NCBI GenBank assembly: GCA_965203055.1
Contig: OZ241863.1
Location: forward strand, 3,424,001-3,488,000
DNA: 64,000 bases
Origin: Spirochaetia bacterium
GTDB lineage: Bacteria > Spirochaetota > Spirochaetia > SZUA-6 > Bin103
Direction: 5' to 3'
Below, piece by piece: positions 50,388 through 64,000 of this stretch. Below the pieces are notes generated by a model. The model saw only the letters and a list, made by a program, of their open reading frames with translations, did no database searches and was not told the origin of the DNA. Position 1 is the stretch's first letter, and the number at the start of each line of letters is the position of its first letter. The position numbers were made by a program, and so were the translations under genes.

Positions 50388-51725
50388 GTGAGTCTGCCAG
50401 CAACTCCGATCTCCACCCACCCGCTCGACTCGTTCGACCGCGCGGCGCGCCACGCCGCCCTGCTGCGGCACGCCGCCGCGCCGCCGGCGCCGGTACTCCC
50501 CGGCGCCGGCGCACCGGTGAACATGCACCTGCACACCTTCTTCTCGTTCAACGCGGCCGGCTTCTCGCCCAGCCATCTCGCCGTACAGGCGCGCGCCTGG
50601 GGTCTGTATGCCGCCGCGACCTGCGACTTCGACGTGCTCGACGCCGCCGACGAGTTTCTGGAAGCCGCGGCCTTGCTCGGCCTGCGCGGCGCCTCCCACC
50701 TCGAAACCCGCGTCTACGCGCCCGAGTTCGCCGCGCAGGAGACCAACTCGCCGGGCGAACCGGGAATCTGCTACGTGATGGGCGCAGGGTTCGCTCGCAC
50801 TCCGCAGCCGGGAGGCGCCAGCTTCCCGATGGCCGAGCGGCTCCGCCGGCGCGCCGCGGGCCGCAATGCCGCGGTCGTGGCGCGCATCAACTCCCATCTG
50901 CCGGAGATCGCCGTGCGCTACGAGTCGGAAGTGGCCGCCCTTACCCCGCGCCGCAGTCCCACCGAGCGTCACATCGTGCGCGCCTACCTCAACCGCGCCC
51001 GGCAGGCGCGGCCTGACGCCGCGGCGCGGGCCGCCTTCTGGGGCAACGTGCTGCAGCAACCGGCGGAGGCCGTCGCCGCCCTCTCCCGGGGGCGCCTGGA
51101 AGAGCAGGTCAGGCGGCGCCTGATCAAGCACGGCGGAGTGGCCTATCAGCAGCCCGGGCCGGCGTCATTCCCCGAGATCGGCGCCTTCTTCGCCTGGGTC
51201 CGGGATGCCGGCGCCATCCCGATGGCGGCTTGGCGCGACGGCACCAGCGCCGGCGAAGCGGATCCCGAGGCGTGGCTGGAAGCGTTGCAGGCGCGCGGCG
51301 CCGCGGCGGTGAACGTGGTCCCCGAGCTGGTGACCGATCCCGCCCACCTGCGGACTCTGATGGCGGAGGTAACGCGGCAGGCGCTGCCGTTGAACGTCGG
51401 TACCGAGATGAACGCCGACGGCCTGCCCGACTGGGACGACTTGCGCAGCCCCGAGTTGGCGCCCTACCGCGGCGCCATCGTGCACGGCGCCGAAGTGATC
51501 GTCGGCCACACGACGCTGGCGCGCTGCGCCGGATTGCCCTACTGCAGCCCGGCCGCGCAAGCCGAGTTTCCACGCCGCGAGCAGCGCAACCGGTTCTTCG
51601 CCGCGGTCGGGCGGCTGCCGCCGCTGGCGCCCGACGCCGCCCGCGGGCTGGCGGAGCTGGGGGAGACCACTGCTCTGGACCGCGTCCGCGCGGCCGTGCG
51701 GCGCGGACGCTGGGCGGACGGCTGA
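50388..51725 (+). CDS. PHP-like metal-dependent hydrolase
   Basis: VNMHLHTFFSFN (HxH), DFDV, LETRV, NSPGEPG, GTEMN; 1 nt upstream of the rhaB-like gene. Confidence 0.7.
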   Translation: MSLPATPISTHPLDSFDRAARHAALLRHAAAPPAPVLPGAGAPVNMHLHTFFSFNAAGFSPSHLAVQARAWGLYAAATCDFDVLDAADEFLEAAALLGLRGASHLETRVYAPEFAAQETNSPGEPGICYVMGAGFARTPQPGGASFPMAERLRRRAAGRNAAVVARINSHLPEIAVRYESEVAALTPRRSPTERHIVRAYLNRARQARPDAAARAAFWGNVLQQPAEAVAALSRGRLEEQVRRRLIKHGGVAYQQPGPASFPEIGAFFAWVRDAGAIPMAAWRDGTSAGEADPEAWLEALQARGAAAVNVVPELVTDPAHLRTLMAEVTRQALPLNVGTEMNADGLPDWDDLRSPELAPYRGAIVHGAEVIVGHTTLARCAGLPYCSPAAQAEFPRREQRNRFFAAVGRLPPLAPDAARGLAELGETTALDRVRAAVRRGRWADG

Positions 51726-51726
51726 G

Positions 51727-53139
51727 ATGGGACACAACTTCCTGGCGGTGGATCTGGGGGCCGAGAGCGGCCGCGTCATTGCCGGCAACCTGGAGCGCTT
51801 CGAGGTGGTGCACCGCTTCGCCAACGTGCCGGTACGTCTCGGCGGCAGCCTGCATTGGAACGTGCCGGAGCTGTATCAGCAGATCAAGGCCGGAGTGCGG
51901 GCCGGTCTGAAGCACGCTCCGGTCAGCCTCGGGATCGACACCTGGGGGGTGGACTACGGGCTGCTGGATGGTTCCGGGGCCTTGCTGGGGCTGCCCTTTC
52001 ACTACCGCGACGCGCGCACCGACAACGCTCCCGAGGCGCTGGACGGGCTGCTCGAGCGGCGCGCCCTGTACGCGGAAACCGGCATTCAGACCATGCCGTT
52101 CAATACCTTGTACCAGCTCTACGCCCAGCGCCAACGGCAACCCGACCTGCTGGACTGCGCGCGGCGCTTCCTGACCCTCCCCGATCTGTTCCACTACTGG
52201 CTGACCGGCGCGCTGGTGAACGAGTTCACCAATGCCAGCACCACCCAGTTGCGCGATCCGCATTCCCGGACCTGGTCGAAGCGGGTGCTGGACATCGTCG
52301 GCCTGCCCGGCTCGCTGTTCAGCGAGCCGGCAATGCCCGGCACCGAGATCGGCGGGCTGCTGCCGGGCGTGGCCGCGGAGCTTGGCGGCGCGTTGCGCGT
52401 GGTGTTGCCGCCCTGCCACGACACCGCCAGCGCGGTAGCGGCGGCGCCAATGGCCGCGCCCGAGGAATCGGTCTACCTCAGTTCCGGCACCTGGTCGCTG
52501 CTCGGCATCGAGTCGCCGCGACCGATCATCAGCGAGCTGAGCTTCGCCCACAACTTCACCAACGAGGGCGGGGCCGACGGCGGTACCCGCTTCCTCAAGA
52601 ACATCATGGGGCTGTGGATCGTGCAGGAGTGCCGGCGGCAGTGGGCCGCCGAAGGGCGCAGCTTCACGTACGGCGAGCTCACCGCGATGGCGGAGGCGGC
52701 CGGACCGGCGGCCTTCTCCATCGATCCGACCGCCGAGCGGTTCTTCAAGCCCGGACTGACCGGCGACGGCATGGCGGACCGCATCGCCGCATGGTGCCGC
52801 GAAACCGATCAGCCGGTCCCCGACACCCCGGGCGCGGTGGTGCGCGGCGTGCTGGAGAGTCTTGCCGCGGCCTACGCCGCCGCGGTGCGGCAACTGACGG
52901 AGATTACCGGCGCCCGCTACCGGCACATCCACGTCATCGGCGGCGGCAGCCGGAACGGCTTGCTGTGTCAGCTCACGGCCGCCGCGAGCGGCTGCACGGT
53001 GCACGCCGGACCGGTCGAGGCCACCGCGCTCGGCAACCTCCTGCTGCAGGCGCTCGCCGCCGGCGAGGTGAGCTCGATCGAGGCCGGCCGCCACCTGCTC
53101 CGCACCCGCGCCCGACTCACCCGCTACCAACCCCGGTAA
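51727..53139 (+). CDS. rhaB: rhamnulokinase/fuculokinase-family FGGY sugar kinase
   Basis: LAVDLGAESGR, GIDTWGVDY, YRDART, HDTASAV, SSGTWSL, FTNEGG, GPVEATALGN. Confidence 0.85.
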   Translation: MGHNFLAVDLGAESGRVIAGNLERFEVVHRFANVPVRLGGSLHWNVPELYQQIKAGVRAGLKHAPVSLGIDTWGVDYGLLDGSGALLGLPFHYRDARTDNAPEALDGLLERRALYAETGIQTMPFNTLYQLYAQRQRQPDLLDCARRFLTLPDLFHYWLTGALVNEFTNASTTQLRDPHSRTWSKRVLDIVGLPGSLFSEPAMPGTEIGGLLPGVAAELGGALRVVLPPCHDTASAVAAAPMAAPEESVYLSSGTWSLLGIESPRPIISELSFAHNFTNEGGADGGTRFLKNIMGLWIVQECRRQWAAEGRSFTYGELTAMAEAAGPAAFSIDPTAERFFKPGLTGDGMADRIAAWCRETDQPVPDTPGAVVRGVLESLAAAYAAAVRQLTEITGARYRHIHVIGGGSRNGLLCQLTAAASGCTVHAGPVEATALGNLLLQALAAGEVSSIEAGRHLLRTRARLTRYQPR

Positions 53140-53838
53140 TCAGCTCCGGCGCAACGCCAGGGGATTGAAGCGGGTGCCGCGGTCATAGTGGTCCACGCCT
53201 TCGCTGCGTTTCAGGAAGCCGACCACCAGATAGGTGAGCGGCGTTGCCAGGGCTTCGTACAGCGACTTGGCGGCCCACTGCGACAGCGCCGCGACGGCGA
53301 GCGCAGGAGGCGGCAACACGCCCGCAAACGCAACCACCACGAACACCAGAGAGTCCAGCGCCTGACCCACCAGCGTCGAGCTCACCGTGCGCAGCCACAG
53401 GTGCCGCCCGCCGGTGCGCAGCTTCAGCTTGGCCAGCACGAACGCGTTCAGGAACTCGCCGCCCAGGTAGGCCAGGAACGAGGCCCCGAGCAGGCGCGCC
53501 GAGAACCCCAGAATGGCGTCATACGCCGCCTGTTCCTGCCAGAAGGGGGCGGCCGGAAGCAGCCCGCCGATCGTCATGGCGCACACCGCCACCAGGTTGC
53601 AGAGGAATCCGATCCAGATCACCTGCCGCGCCACCGCATAGCCGTACACCTCGGTGAGGACGTCGGCCAGGATATAGGAGACCGGGAACAGGACGATGGC
53701 GGCAGTCACCACCAGCGGGCCCACGGTCACCAGCTTTACCGCGATGATGTTCGAAATGACCAGCACGGTAACGAACAGTCCGGTGACCAGCGGCAGCCAA
53801 CGACCGGCCGGCCGCGCTGTGCCGGCGGCTAGCGCCAT
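53140..53838 (-). CDS. queuosine precursor transporter (YhhQ/VUT family)
   Basis: [40 protein letters not shown]. Confidence 0.92.
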   Translation of the reverse strand: MALAAGTARPAGRWLPLVTGLFVTVLVISNIIAVKLVTVGPLVVTAAIVLFPVSYILADVLTEVYGYAVARQVIWIGFLCNLVAVCAMTIGGLLPAAPFWQEQAAYDAILGFSARLLGASFLAYLGGEFLNAFVLAKLKLRTGGRHLWLRTVSSTLVGQALDSLVFVVVAFAGVLPPPALAVAALSQWAAKSLYEALATPLTYLVVGFLKRSEGVDHYDRGTRFNPLALRRS

Positions 53839-54248
53839 TGGTCCCGTGCGGCCGCGCTACGGGTGTGTTCGGCCACCACCGTGATCGCGACCCCGCCGCG
53901 CACCGAGAAGCGGCCGGTCACCTCGCACCAATGCGGCGCGCAGGCGGCGACGAGGTCGTCGAGGATGAGGTTGATCACGTGCTCGTGGAACACGCCTTCA
54001 TTGCGGTAGGAGGTGAGATACAGCTTGAACGACTTGGATTCGACCACCTGTGAGTCGGGCACGTAGCGCACCAGGATCTCCGCGAAGTCCGGCTGGCCCG
54101 TCTTCGGACACAGGCAGGTGAACTCGCGTGATTCCAGCCGTACCACGTAGAACCGGTCGGGAGCACGATTCGGGAACGTCTCCAATCGCTTCGAAGGCTC
54201 CGCCGGGGCCCCCAATATGGTCAGCCGCGGCGCGTCCTGCGGTTCCAT
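53829..54248 (-). CDS. queF: preQ0 reductase, type I
   Basis: [37 protein letters not shown]. Confidence 0.95.
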   Translation of the reverse strand: MEPQDAPRLTILGAPAEPSKRLETFPNRAPDRFYVVRLESREFTCLCPKTGQPDFAEILVRYVPDSQVVESKSFKLYLTSYRNEGVFHEHVINLILDDLVAACAPHWCEVTGRFSVRGGVAITVVAEHTRSAAARDQWR

Positions 54249-54305
54249 GGGCCGCACCATAGGACGTACTCGCAGTCGTTGTCGACGTTTCAGAGCACAA
54301 AAAAT

Positions 54306-54422
<117 letters not shown>

Positions 54423-54528
54423 ATATGTGTTTTGTGTTTCAGACCAAGGGAACAGAGAAGGCGATTCGAGCGCATCCTGCGCTCCTTCGACTGGCACTCT
54501 CATCGCGACCCGAGAGTGCGGGGTAATA

Positions 54529-57551
<3,023 letters not shown>

Positions 57552-57809
57552 TATTACTCCAACTTCTTCTGTTCGACGCTCGATCAAACAACTCGGTATC
57601 TCAACGTCCCGGAAACGCGCGCAGCGCGCGTCCTGAAAGGACGTCTTCAACCTTCTCTGTTCCCTTCTCTGTCGTACCTGTGACGCCTGTCACAAGTCCG
57701 AAGCTGTCAAAGACCCGCCCCCGGCCCAGGGGCGCGCAAACGGCGCCGCCGACAAGGGGCTTTGTCGAAGCACACGGCGGCGGACCGCCGCGGCCGCTAT
57801 CCTATGTCC

Positions 57810-57883
57810 TGGAGGTATGGGGATTCGAACCCCAGACCTATGGCTTGCAAAGCCATCGCTCTAGCCATCTGAGCTATACCCCC
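57810..57883 (-). tRNA. tRNA-Ala(TGC), 3' CCA not encoded
   Basis: GGGGGTATAGCTCAGATGGCTAGAGCGATGGCTTTGCAAGCCATAGGTCTGGGGTTCGAATCCCCATACCTCCA; G3-U70 alanine identity pair. Confidence 0.96.
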
Positions 57884-58068
57884 GTGCGAAGTTCGCCCAG
57901 GGGGACATCCGGGCAGCAGCGCCACGCCAAGACGGCAAGACAAGAGAAGAGAGAGCCCTCATCGCGAACGGGTTGTCCGAGTAACACTCGGTCGCCGCGC
58001 CAGCTTCGCGCACGAAGCCGCGCGGGCAAAGTTGTGCAGACGCCCCTAAGGGCACTGCGCGTCTCGTT

Positions 58069-59613
<1,545 letters not shown>

Positions 59614-59967
59614 ATGGTTAAGCGTCACTCCGAAGAGCAACGCTCAATTCATTTCTGAAGCAATCCTTGACAATCTTGACAAGGCCGGCGTACCCGAGCC
59701 GAATGACATACGTCACGACGCACGTCACTCCTGCCGAGCCGCCGGTACCCGATCACATTTTTAGGCTCTCCCTTCTCTCAGCGACCGTCAGACACCGCCA
59801 CGACGAGGCACACAAAAGACCAAGCCTGACGGAGACGTCTCCGATCGCACGTTGCCAAAGACCAGCGGGCGGCACGATGCCAGAAGGCTCCTGCGCCCGC
59901 CTTGCGGAGGATGCGCCGGCCTGCCATCCCATGGGGAGGGTCGAGCCGGCGTGTCTCCCGGAACGGT

Positions 59968-60017
59968 AATGTACGCGGCGTGATTCAGTCGGTCAACCGC
60001 CCTCCTCGATTTTTTTT
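59968..60017 (-). promoter_or_regulatory. rRNA operon promoter with upstream A-tract
   Basis: A8 tract, then TTGACC-N17-TACATT on the minus strand. Confidence 0.7.
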
Positions 60018-60133
60018 CGGCGGTCGTCAGGTGGCAGGCGGGGCCGGTACGGGGTATCGTTGGGCCGCCCGCACGGCGCCGCGGCCCGCGCCGGCGGCCA
60101 GCCGTGACCGGACTCTGCGCGCCGCGCCTCAGC

Positions 60134-61603
60134 ATGTTCAGCAACTCGCCGCCACCTCCACCATCGATACGGCAGCGACCGGCAGCCCGCCGCGGGTCGC
60201 TGCTGCGGCTGGCAGCCAACGTCCTGTCGCTGTCGCGCATCCTCCTGGGGGCGGCGGCCTTCCTGGCTCTGTCCGGCGCGCGCGCGGCGGGCGCGGCGCC
60301 CCCGCCCGCCGCCGCCGGCGCCGCTCTGCTGCTCGTGCTGGCGGCCGCGCTGACCGACTACCTCGACGGCAAGCTGGCGCGGCACGCCGGCACCCGCGCG
60401 CCCACGCCCGGCGCGGACCGGCTTGGGCGCTGGATCGACGCGTTCACCGATTTCTTCCTGTTTCTCTGCGTATACGGCGCCTTGCTCCGCGCCGCCCTGG
60501 CGCCGGCCTGGCTCTACGCCCTGTTTCTGGCGCGCGAGGGGGCAATGTATCTGATGATCCGGCCGGCGGCCATCCGCCTGGGGCTGGACCACGGCGCCCG
60601 CCTCCCCGGCAAGATCAAGACCGTGCTGCAGTACGGCGGCATGAGCGCGCTGCTGGGGCTGCTGGCCCTGGCGCCGCACCTGGGACTGCCGTCGAACGCC
60701 ATTCGATCCATCGCCAGCGGCACCTTGGCGGTGTTGGTAACGGCGTCGTTGGGGTCGTTGTACTGGTACCTGAAGCCGCTCTTCGAGGCCTGGCCGCGCC
60801 CGCAGCAGGGGCTTCCCCAACAGCTCTGCGCAGCACTGCTGGGCCTTGCCCTGCTGCAGGTGCTGCTGTTTCGGCTCCTGGCTCCCGCCGGCGCTCCGTG
60901 GGACGCGTTCCTGATCGGCGTGACCCTGTTTCACGCGGTGGTCGGCGGCTTTCTGTTCTGGCGCCACGAGCAGTTTACGCCGCTGCACCCCGCCGGCCAC
61001 GAAGCGAGCGCGCGCCTCACCCTGCCCAACATCCTCACGCTGGTGCGCCTCAGCTCGATTCCCACGCTCACGCTGCTGCTGGCCGTGGGACCGCGGCGCG
61101 GTACCGTTCCGCTGCTGGTGGCGGTAGCCGCGGGCGTGTTCCTGACCGATCTGTTCGACGGCGCCCTGGCCCGCCGGCGGCGGCAGGTGACTCCCATCGG
61201 CGGGTACCTGGATTCCGCAAGTGATTACCTGGGGCTGCTTGCCTTGACCGCACTGCTCGCCGCCCAGGGCATCCTGCCGGCGTGGCTGGCGGCGCTGCTC
61301 ACCGCCCGGCTGGTGCTTCACGCCGCGGCCACCGGGGCGCTCGTGCTGCGCCACGGCATCGGTGTGGCAAGGCCCACGACCTGGGGCAAGATCTCGGTCG
61401 CCGCCGCCATGGTGCTGATCACCCTGGAGCTGCTGGCCCACGCCGTCGCCGCCGCCGGGCTTCCGCCCGGCGGCGCGGCTGCCCTGCCGCTGGCCCGCGG
61501 CCTGCAGGCGGTCGAGCTCGCCGCCGCGCTGTTGATCGCGATTTCGCTGGTCGACAAGTTGCGCTACTTCCTGCGTACCTTGAGGCGCGGCGCTTCCGCC
61601 TGA
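60134..61603 (+). CDS. CDP-alcohol phosphatidyltransferase with two tandem catalytic domains
   Basis: Two DxxDGxxAR...GxxxDxxxD motifs: [10 protein letters not shown]...GRWIDAFTD and [10 protein letters not shown]...GGYLDSASD; start uncertain. Confidence 0.85.
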   Translation: MFSNSPPPPPSIRQRPAARRGSLLRLAANVLSLSRILLGAAAFLALSGARAAGAAPPPAAAGAALLLVLAAALTDYLDGKLARHAGTRAPTPGADRLGRWIDAFTDFFLFLCVYGALLRAALAPAWLYALFLAREGAMYLMIRPAAIRLGLDHGARLPGKIKTVLQYGGMSALLGLLALAPHLGLPSNAIRSIASGTLAVLVTASLGSLYWYLKPLFEAWPRPQQGLPQQLCAALLGLALLQVLLFRLLAPAGAPWDAFLIGVTLFHAVVGGFLFWRHEQFTPLHPAGHEASARLTLPNILTLVRLSSIPTLTLLLAVGPRRGTVPLLVAVAAGVFLTDLFDGALARRRRQVTPIGGYLDSASDYLGLLALTALLAAQGILPAWLAALLTARLVLHAAATGALVLRHGIGVARPTTWGKISVAAAMVLITLELLAHAVAAAGLPPGGAAALPLARGLQAVELAAALLIAISLVDKLRYFLRTLRRGASA

Positions 61604-61631
61604 CGGCGGCATGGCCTACAATAGCGGAGGC

Positions 61632-62453
61632 ATGGCGAAGAAGATCATATCGGTTGCCGTGGTCGGAGCGCATCCCACCAAGGCAATGAACCCGGCCGTG
61701 CCCTACTCACCGCGAGAGATCGCGGCCGCCGCCATCGACAGCCGCAAGGCCGGCGCGGCCATCGTGCACGTTCACGTACGCGAGCCCGACAGCGGAGTTC
61801 CCTCGTCGCGCAGCGAGCTGTTTGCCGAGGTGGTGGACCGCATCCGCCAACAGTCAGACATCCTCATCAACCTTACGACGAGCGGCCTGAACATCCCCGG
61901 CAAGAACGTCATTGCCGAGCGCCTGGAGCCGGTGGCGCTGCAGCCCGAGATCTGCTCCCTCGACGTCGGATCGATGAACTTCGGCGAGCGGGTGTTCCTC
62001 AACCCTCCCGACTGGGGGCGGGCCGCGGCGCTGCGCATGCGCGGCGCCGGCGTGAAGCCGGAGATCGAGGTGTTCGACGCCGGCCACGTCCGCCAGGCCC
62101 GCGTGTTGATCGACGAGGGACTGTTCGCGCCGCCACCGTTCGTGCAACTGTGCATGGGCGCCGGCTGGGGCATCGAAGCGACGCCCGAGAATCTGCTGTT
62201 CATGAAGAACCTGCTGCCGGCCGGGGTGCCGTGGTCGGTGTTGGGGGTGGGGCGCAGCCAGCTTCCCATGATCACCATGGGAATCATCCTCGGGGGGCAC
62301 GTGCGAGTCGGCTTCGAGGACAACCTCTACCTGCGCCGCGGGGTGCTGCTGAAGAGCAACGCCGAGATGGTGGAGCTGGCCGCCAACCTGGTGGAACAGC
62401 TCCAGCACGAGGTCGCTACGCCGGCAGAAGCCAGACAGATTCTTGGCATTTGA
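61632..62453 (+). CDS. beta-keto acid cleavage enzyme (BKACE/DUF849, Kce-like)
   Basis: [49 protein letters not shown]. Confidence 0.92.
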   Translation: MAKKIISVAVVGAHPTKAMNPAVPYSPREIAAAAIDSRKAGAAIVHVHVREPDSGVPSSRSELFAEVVDRIRQQSDILINLTTSGLNIPGKNVIAERLEPVALQPEICSLDVGSMNFGERVFLNPPDWGRAAALRMRGAGVKPEIEVFDAGHVRQARVLIDEGLFAPPPFVQLCMGAGWGIEATPENLLFMKNLLPAGVPWSVLGVGRSQLPMITMGIILGGHVRVGFEDNLYLRRGVLLKSNAEMVELAANLVEQLQHEVATPAEARQILGI

Positions 62454-63342
62454 AGAGCGTCGGGCGGCCGGCGCCGAGCCGCGGGAGGAGCTGCGCGCGG
62501 CAACCGACGGCGTCGTGGAGTGGCACATGCTCAACATGGCCGGCGAGTTGATCACCATCCGCATGGCCGACACCATCGGCCCCGGGCTGCGGCAGGTACT
62601 CGGCCGCTACTGGACCTACGACCCGGGCCGCGGCGACGGCGTGGCGCCGATCCCGCACCTGATGCACCTCGAGACCAGCGGCCGGACGGTCTCCCTGGGG
62701 ACCCCGCTACGCCAGGAATACCGCTTTCGGTTGGTGACCGCCCGCACTCCCGACGGCGCGCTGACGCGCGCCCACCTGGTGATGAACTGCATCCTGTACC
62801 AGCGGGCCGCGCGGGCGGACGGCGCCCTGGGAAGCGCCGAGATCTGGCTGGCGCTGACCCGCCCCTTCGCCCCCCCGGCGGCGCGCCGGCTCAGCGCGGT
62901 GCCGGCGGCGCTGGCGTTTCTCGCCGAGCACGAGCTCGGCGCGGACGAGCTTGGCAGCCGCCCCATCGAGTCGTTTCGCTGTCAGGCCGCGGCAGCCGAA
63001 CAAGCCATCCACGACACCCTGCCGCTGGCGTATCACGTGGATCGATCCGACTCGAACCGCCATATCAACATGCACGTCTATCCGCAGCAGGCGCTCGACT
63101 ACCTGGCGCTCGGCTATTACCGCGCCGGGGGCGATGCCGGACGGCTTCGATTTCGCGCCGTCACGGTCTTCTTTCGGCGCCCGTTCCTGCCGGGCGACGG
63201 CGCCGAGGTGGAGTTGGACCTGATCGTAGCGCCGGAGCGGTTCCGCGGCGCCCTGCGCTTCCATCATCACCGGATGAGCGGCGGCCGCAGCCGGAAGATC
63301 TCCATGGCGCTGCTGACGCGCGGAATCCTGGCCGGCGGCTGA
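62443..63342 (+). CDS. putative double-hotdog acyl-thioesterase-like protein
   Basis: [11 protein letters not shown] resembles the DxNxHvN thioesterase motif; FRRPFLPGD strand; overlaps the BKACE stop. Confidence 0.55.
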   Translation: MAFEERRAAGAEPREELRAATDGVVEWHMLNMAGELITIRMADTIGPGLRQVLGRYWTYDPGRGDGVAPIPHLMHLETSGRTVSLGTPLRQEYRFRLVTARTPDGALTRAHLVMNCILYQRAARADGALGSAEIWLALTRPFAPPAARRLSAVPAALAFLAEHELGADELGSRPIESFRCQAAAAEQAIHDTLPLAYHVDRSDSNRHINMHVYPQQALDYLALGYYRAGGDAGRLRFRAVTVFFRRPFLPGDGAEVELDLIVAPERFRGALRFHHHRMSGGRSRKISMALLTRGILAGG

Positions 63343-63400
63343 AGAGCCGCGCGCCTCGAAGCCCGTTCGCCCGGGCGCTGGCCGGCCGTCGCGGCCGGGG

Positions 63401-64000
63401 TTACTCGTAGTGGTAGCTGCTGCCGCCGATGAACTCGCGCAGCAGGGAGTCGCGCGGCACGGCGTCCTCGTGGGGCCACTCGGCTACCCCGTCGAGGAGG
63501 GCGGCCAGTCGGATGACGCGGGCGCGGGCGTCGTCGCTGTCACCGGAGGCGTCAGCCCGCAGCTCAGCGGCCAGACGGCGCACCTCCGGGCCCAGGCGGC
63601 CCTTGAGGAGCGGCAGTTCGTACGCCAGGTAGGTATTGACGATCGCGTCGGCGAGGCGCAGCCGGGGGATGATGTGGCGCATCTCGGCGCGCCGCACGTA
63701 TTGCCAATGCAGCAGGGTCTGGCGCGCCGTGTAGTTGCGAAACTGCTGATCGCGGACCATGCGGCGCAACATGCGGACGTCCGACCAGCGCAGCCAGGCG
63801 CCGGTATCGTCCTTCACCTGGGACAGGGTCTCGACGTAGATGCCGACCTTGAGTTCGCGCGGAACCGCGGCCGTCAACGCCGGGTAGAGGCCGTGCAGCG
63901 AGTCGATCAGCAGTACCGTGTCGGAGTCGATGCGCACCGGCTGCGCCGCGGGGTGCTGCGTTCCGGTGGTGAAGTCGTAGCGCGGGATGCGTACCTCCTC
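63401..64000 (-). CDS. uridine/nucleoside kinase-like P-loop protein, C-terminal part (5' truncated by window)
   Basis: IPRYDFTTG, LIDSLHGL, DVRMLRRMVRD..FR, YELPLLK, SLLREFIGGS; frame open to the window edge. Confidence 0.8.
   Translation of the reverse strand, partial: EEVRIPRYDFTTGTQHPAAQPVRIDSDTVLLIDSLHGLYPALTAAVPRELKVGIYVETLSQVKDDTGAWLRWSDVRMLRRMVRDQQFRNYTARQTLLHWQYVRRAEMRHIIPRLRLADAIVNTYLAYELPLLKGRLGPEVRRLAAELRADASGDSDDARARVIRLAALLDGVAEWPHEDAVPRDSLLREFIGGSSYHYE

Noticed and set aside
54249..54305. preQ1 riboswitch upstream of queF and the transporter
   Set aside because: No recognisable aptamer; the -10 box lies 7 nt from the ATG, leaving no leader

Overview
Very GC-rich chromosomal segment of a bacterium whose 16S rRNA looks spirochaetal (GGCAGCAGCTAAGAAT-type segment; inference). 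From left to right: the 3' end of a BREX type-1 anti-phage locus (partial KTSC gene, Schlafen/AlbA_2-HATPase gene, pglZ, brxL); pdxA, a GT4-like glycosyltransferase, a SorE-like dehydrogenase, alaA and mtaB; a lipoprotein operon (COG3014-lpoB-large triple-repeat lipoprotein); DUF1015 and a SMUG1-type UDG; gltBD; a cimA-argH-hflX-response regulator-histidine kinase run; panB-panC-coaX-coaBC; a bacilliredoxin-resB-ccsA-tatCBA operon; uppS; sugar genes (fucI, PHP-like, rhaB-like); queF with a preQ transporter; a complete rRNA operon (16S-tRNA-Ala-23S-5S, minus strand); a double-domain CDP-alcohol phosphotransferase; a BKACE plus thioesterase-like pair; and a partial uridine-kinase-like gene. The most notable items not explained by ordinary annotation are the heavily structured cimA/panB intergenic region (attenuator-like leader, long alternative-fold hairpin, pan-motif-like stem), the extra genes nested in the BREX operon, recurrent leaderless promoters and 18-nt spacer promoters, and the triple-repeat lipoprotein. 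No CRISPR array, integrase or transposase was seen. All calls come from reading motifs by eye; no database searches were run.
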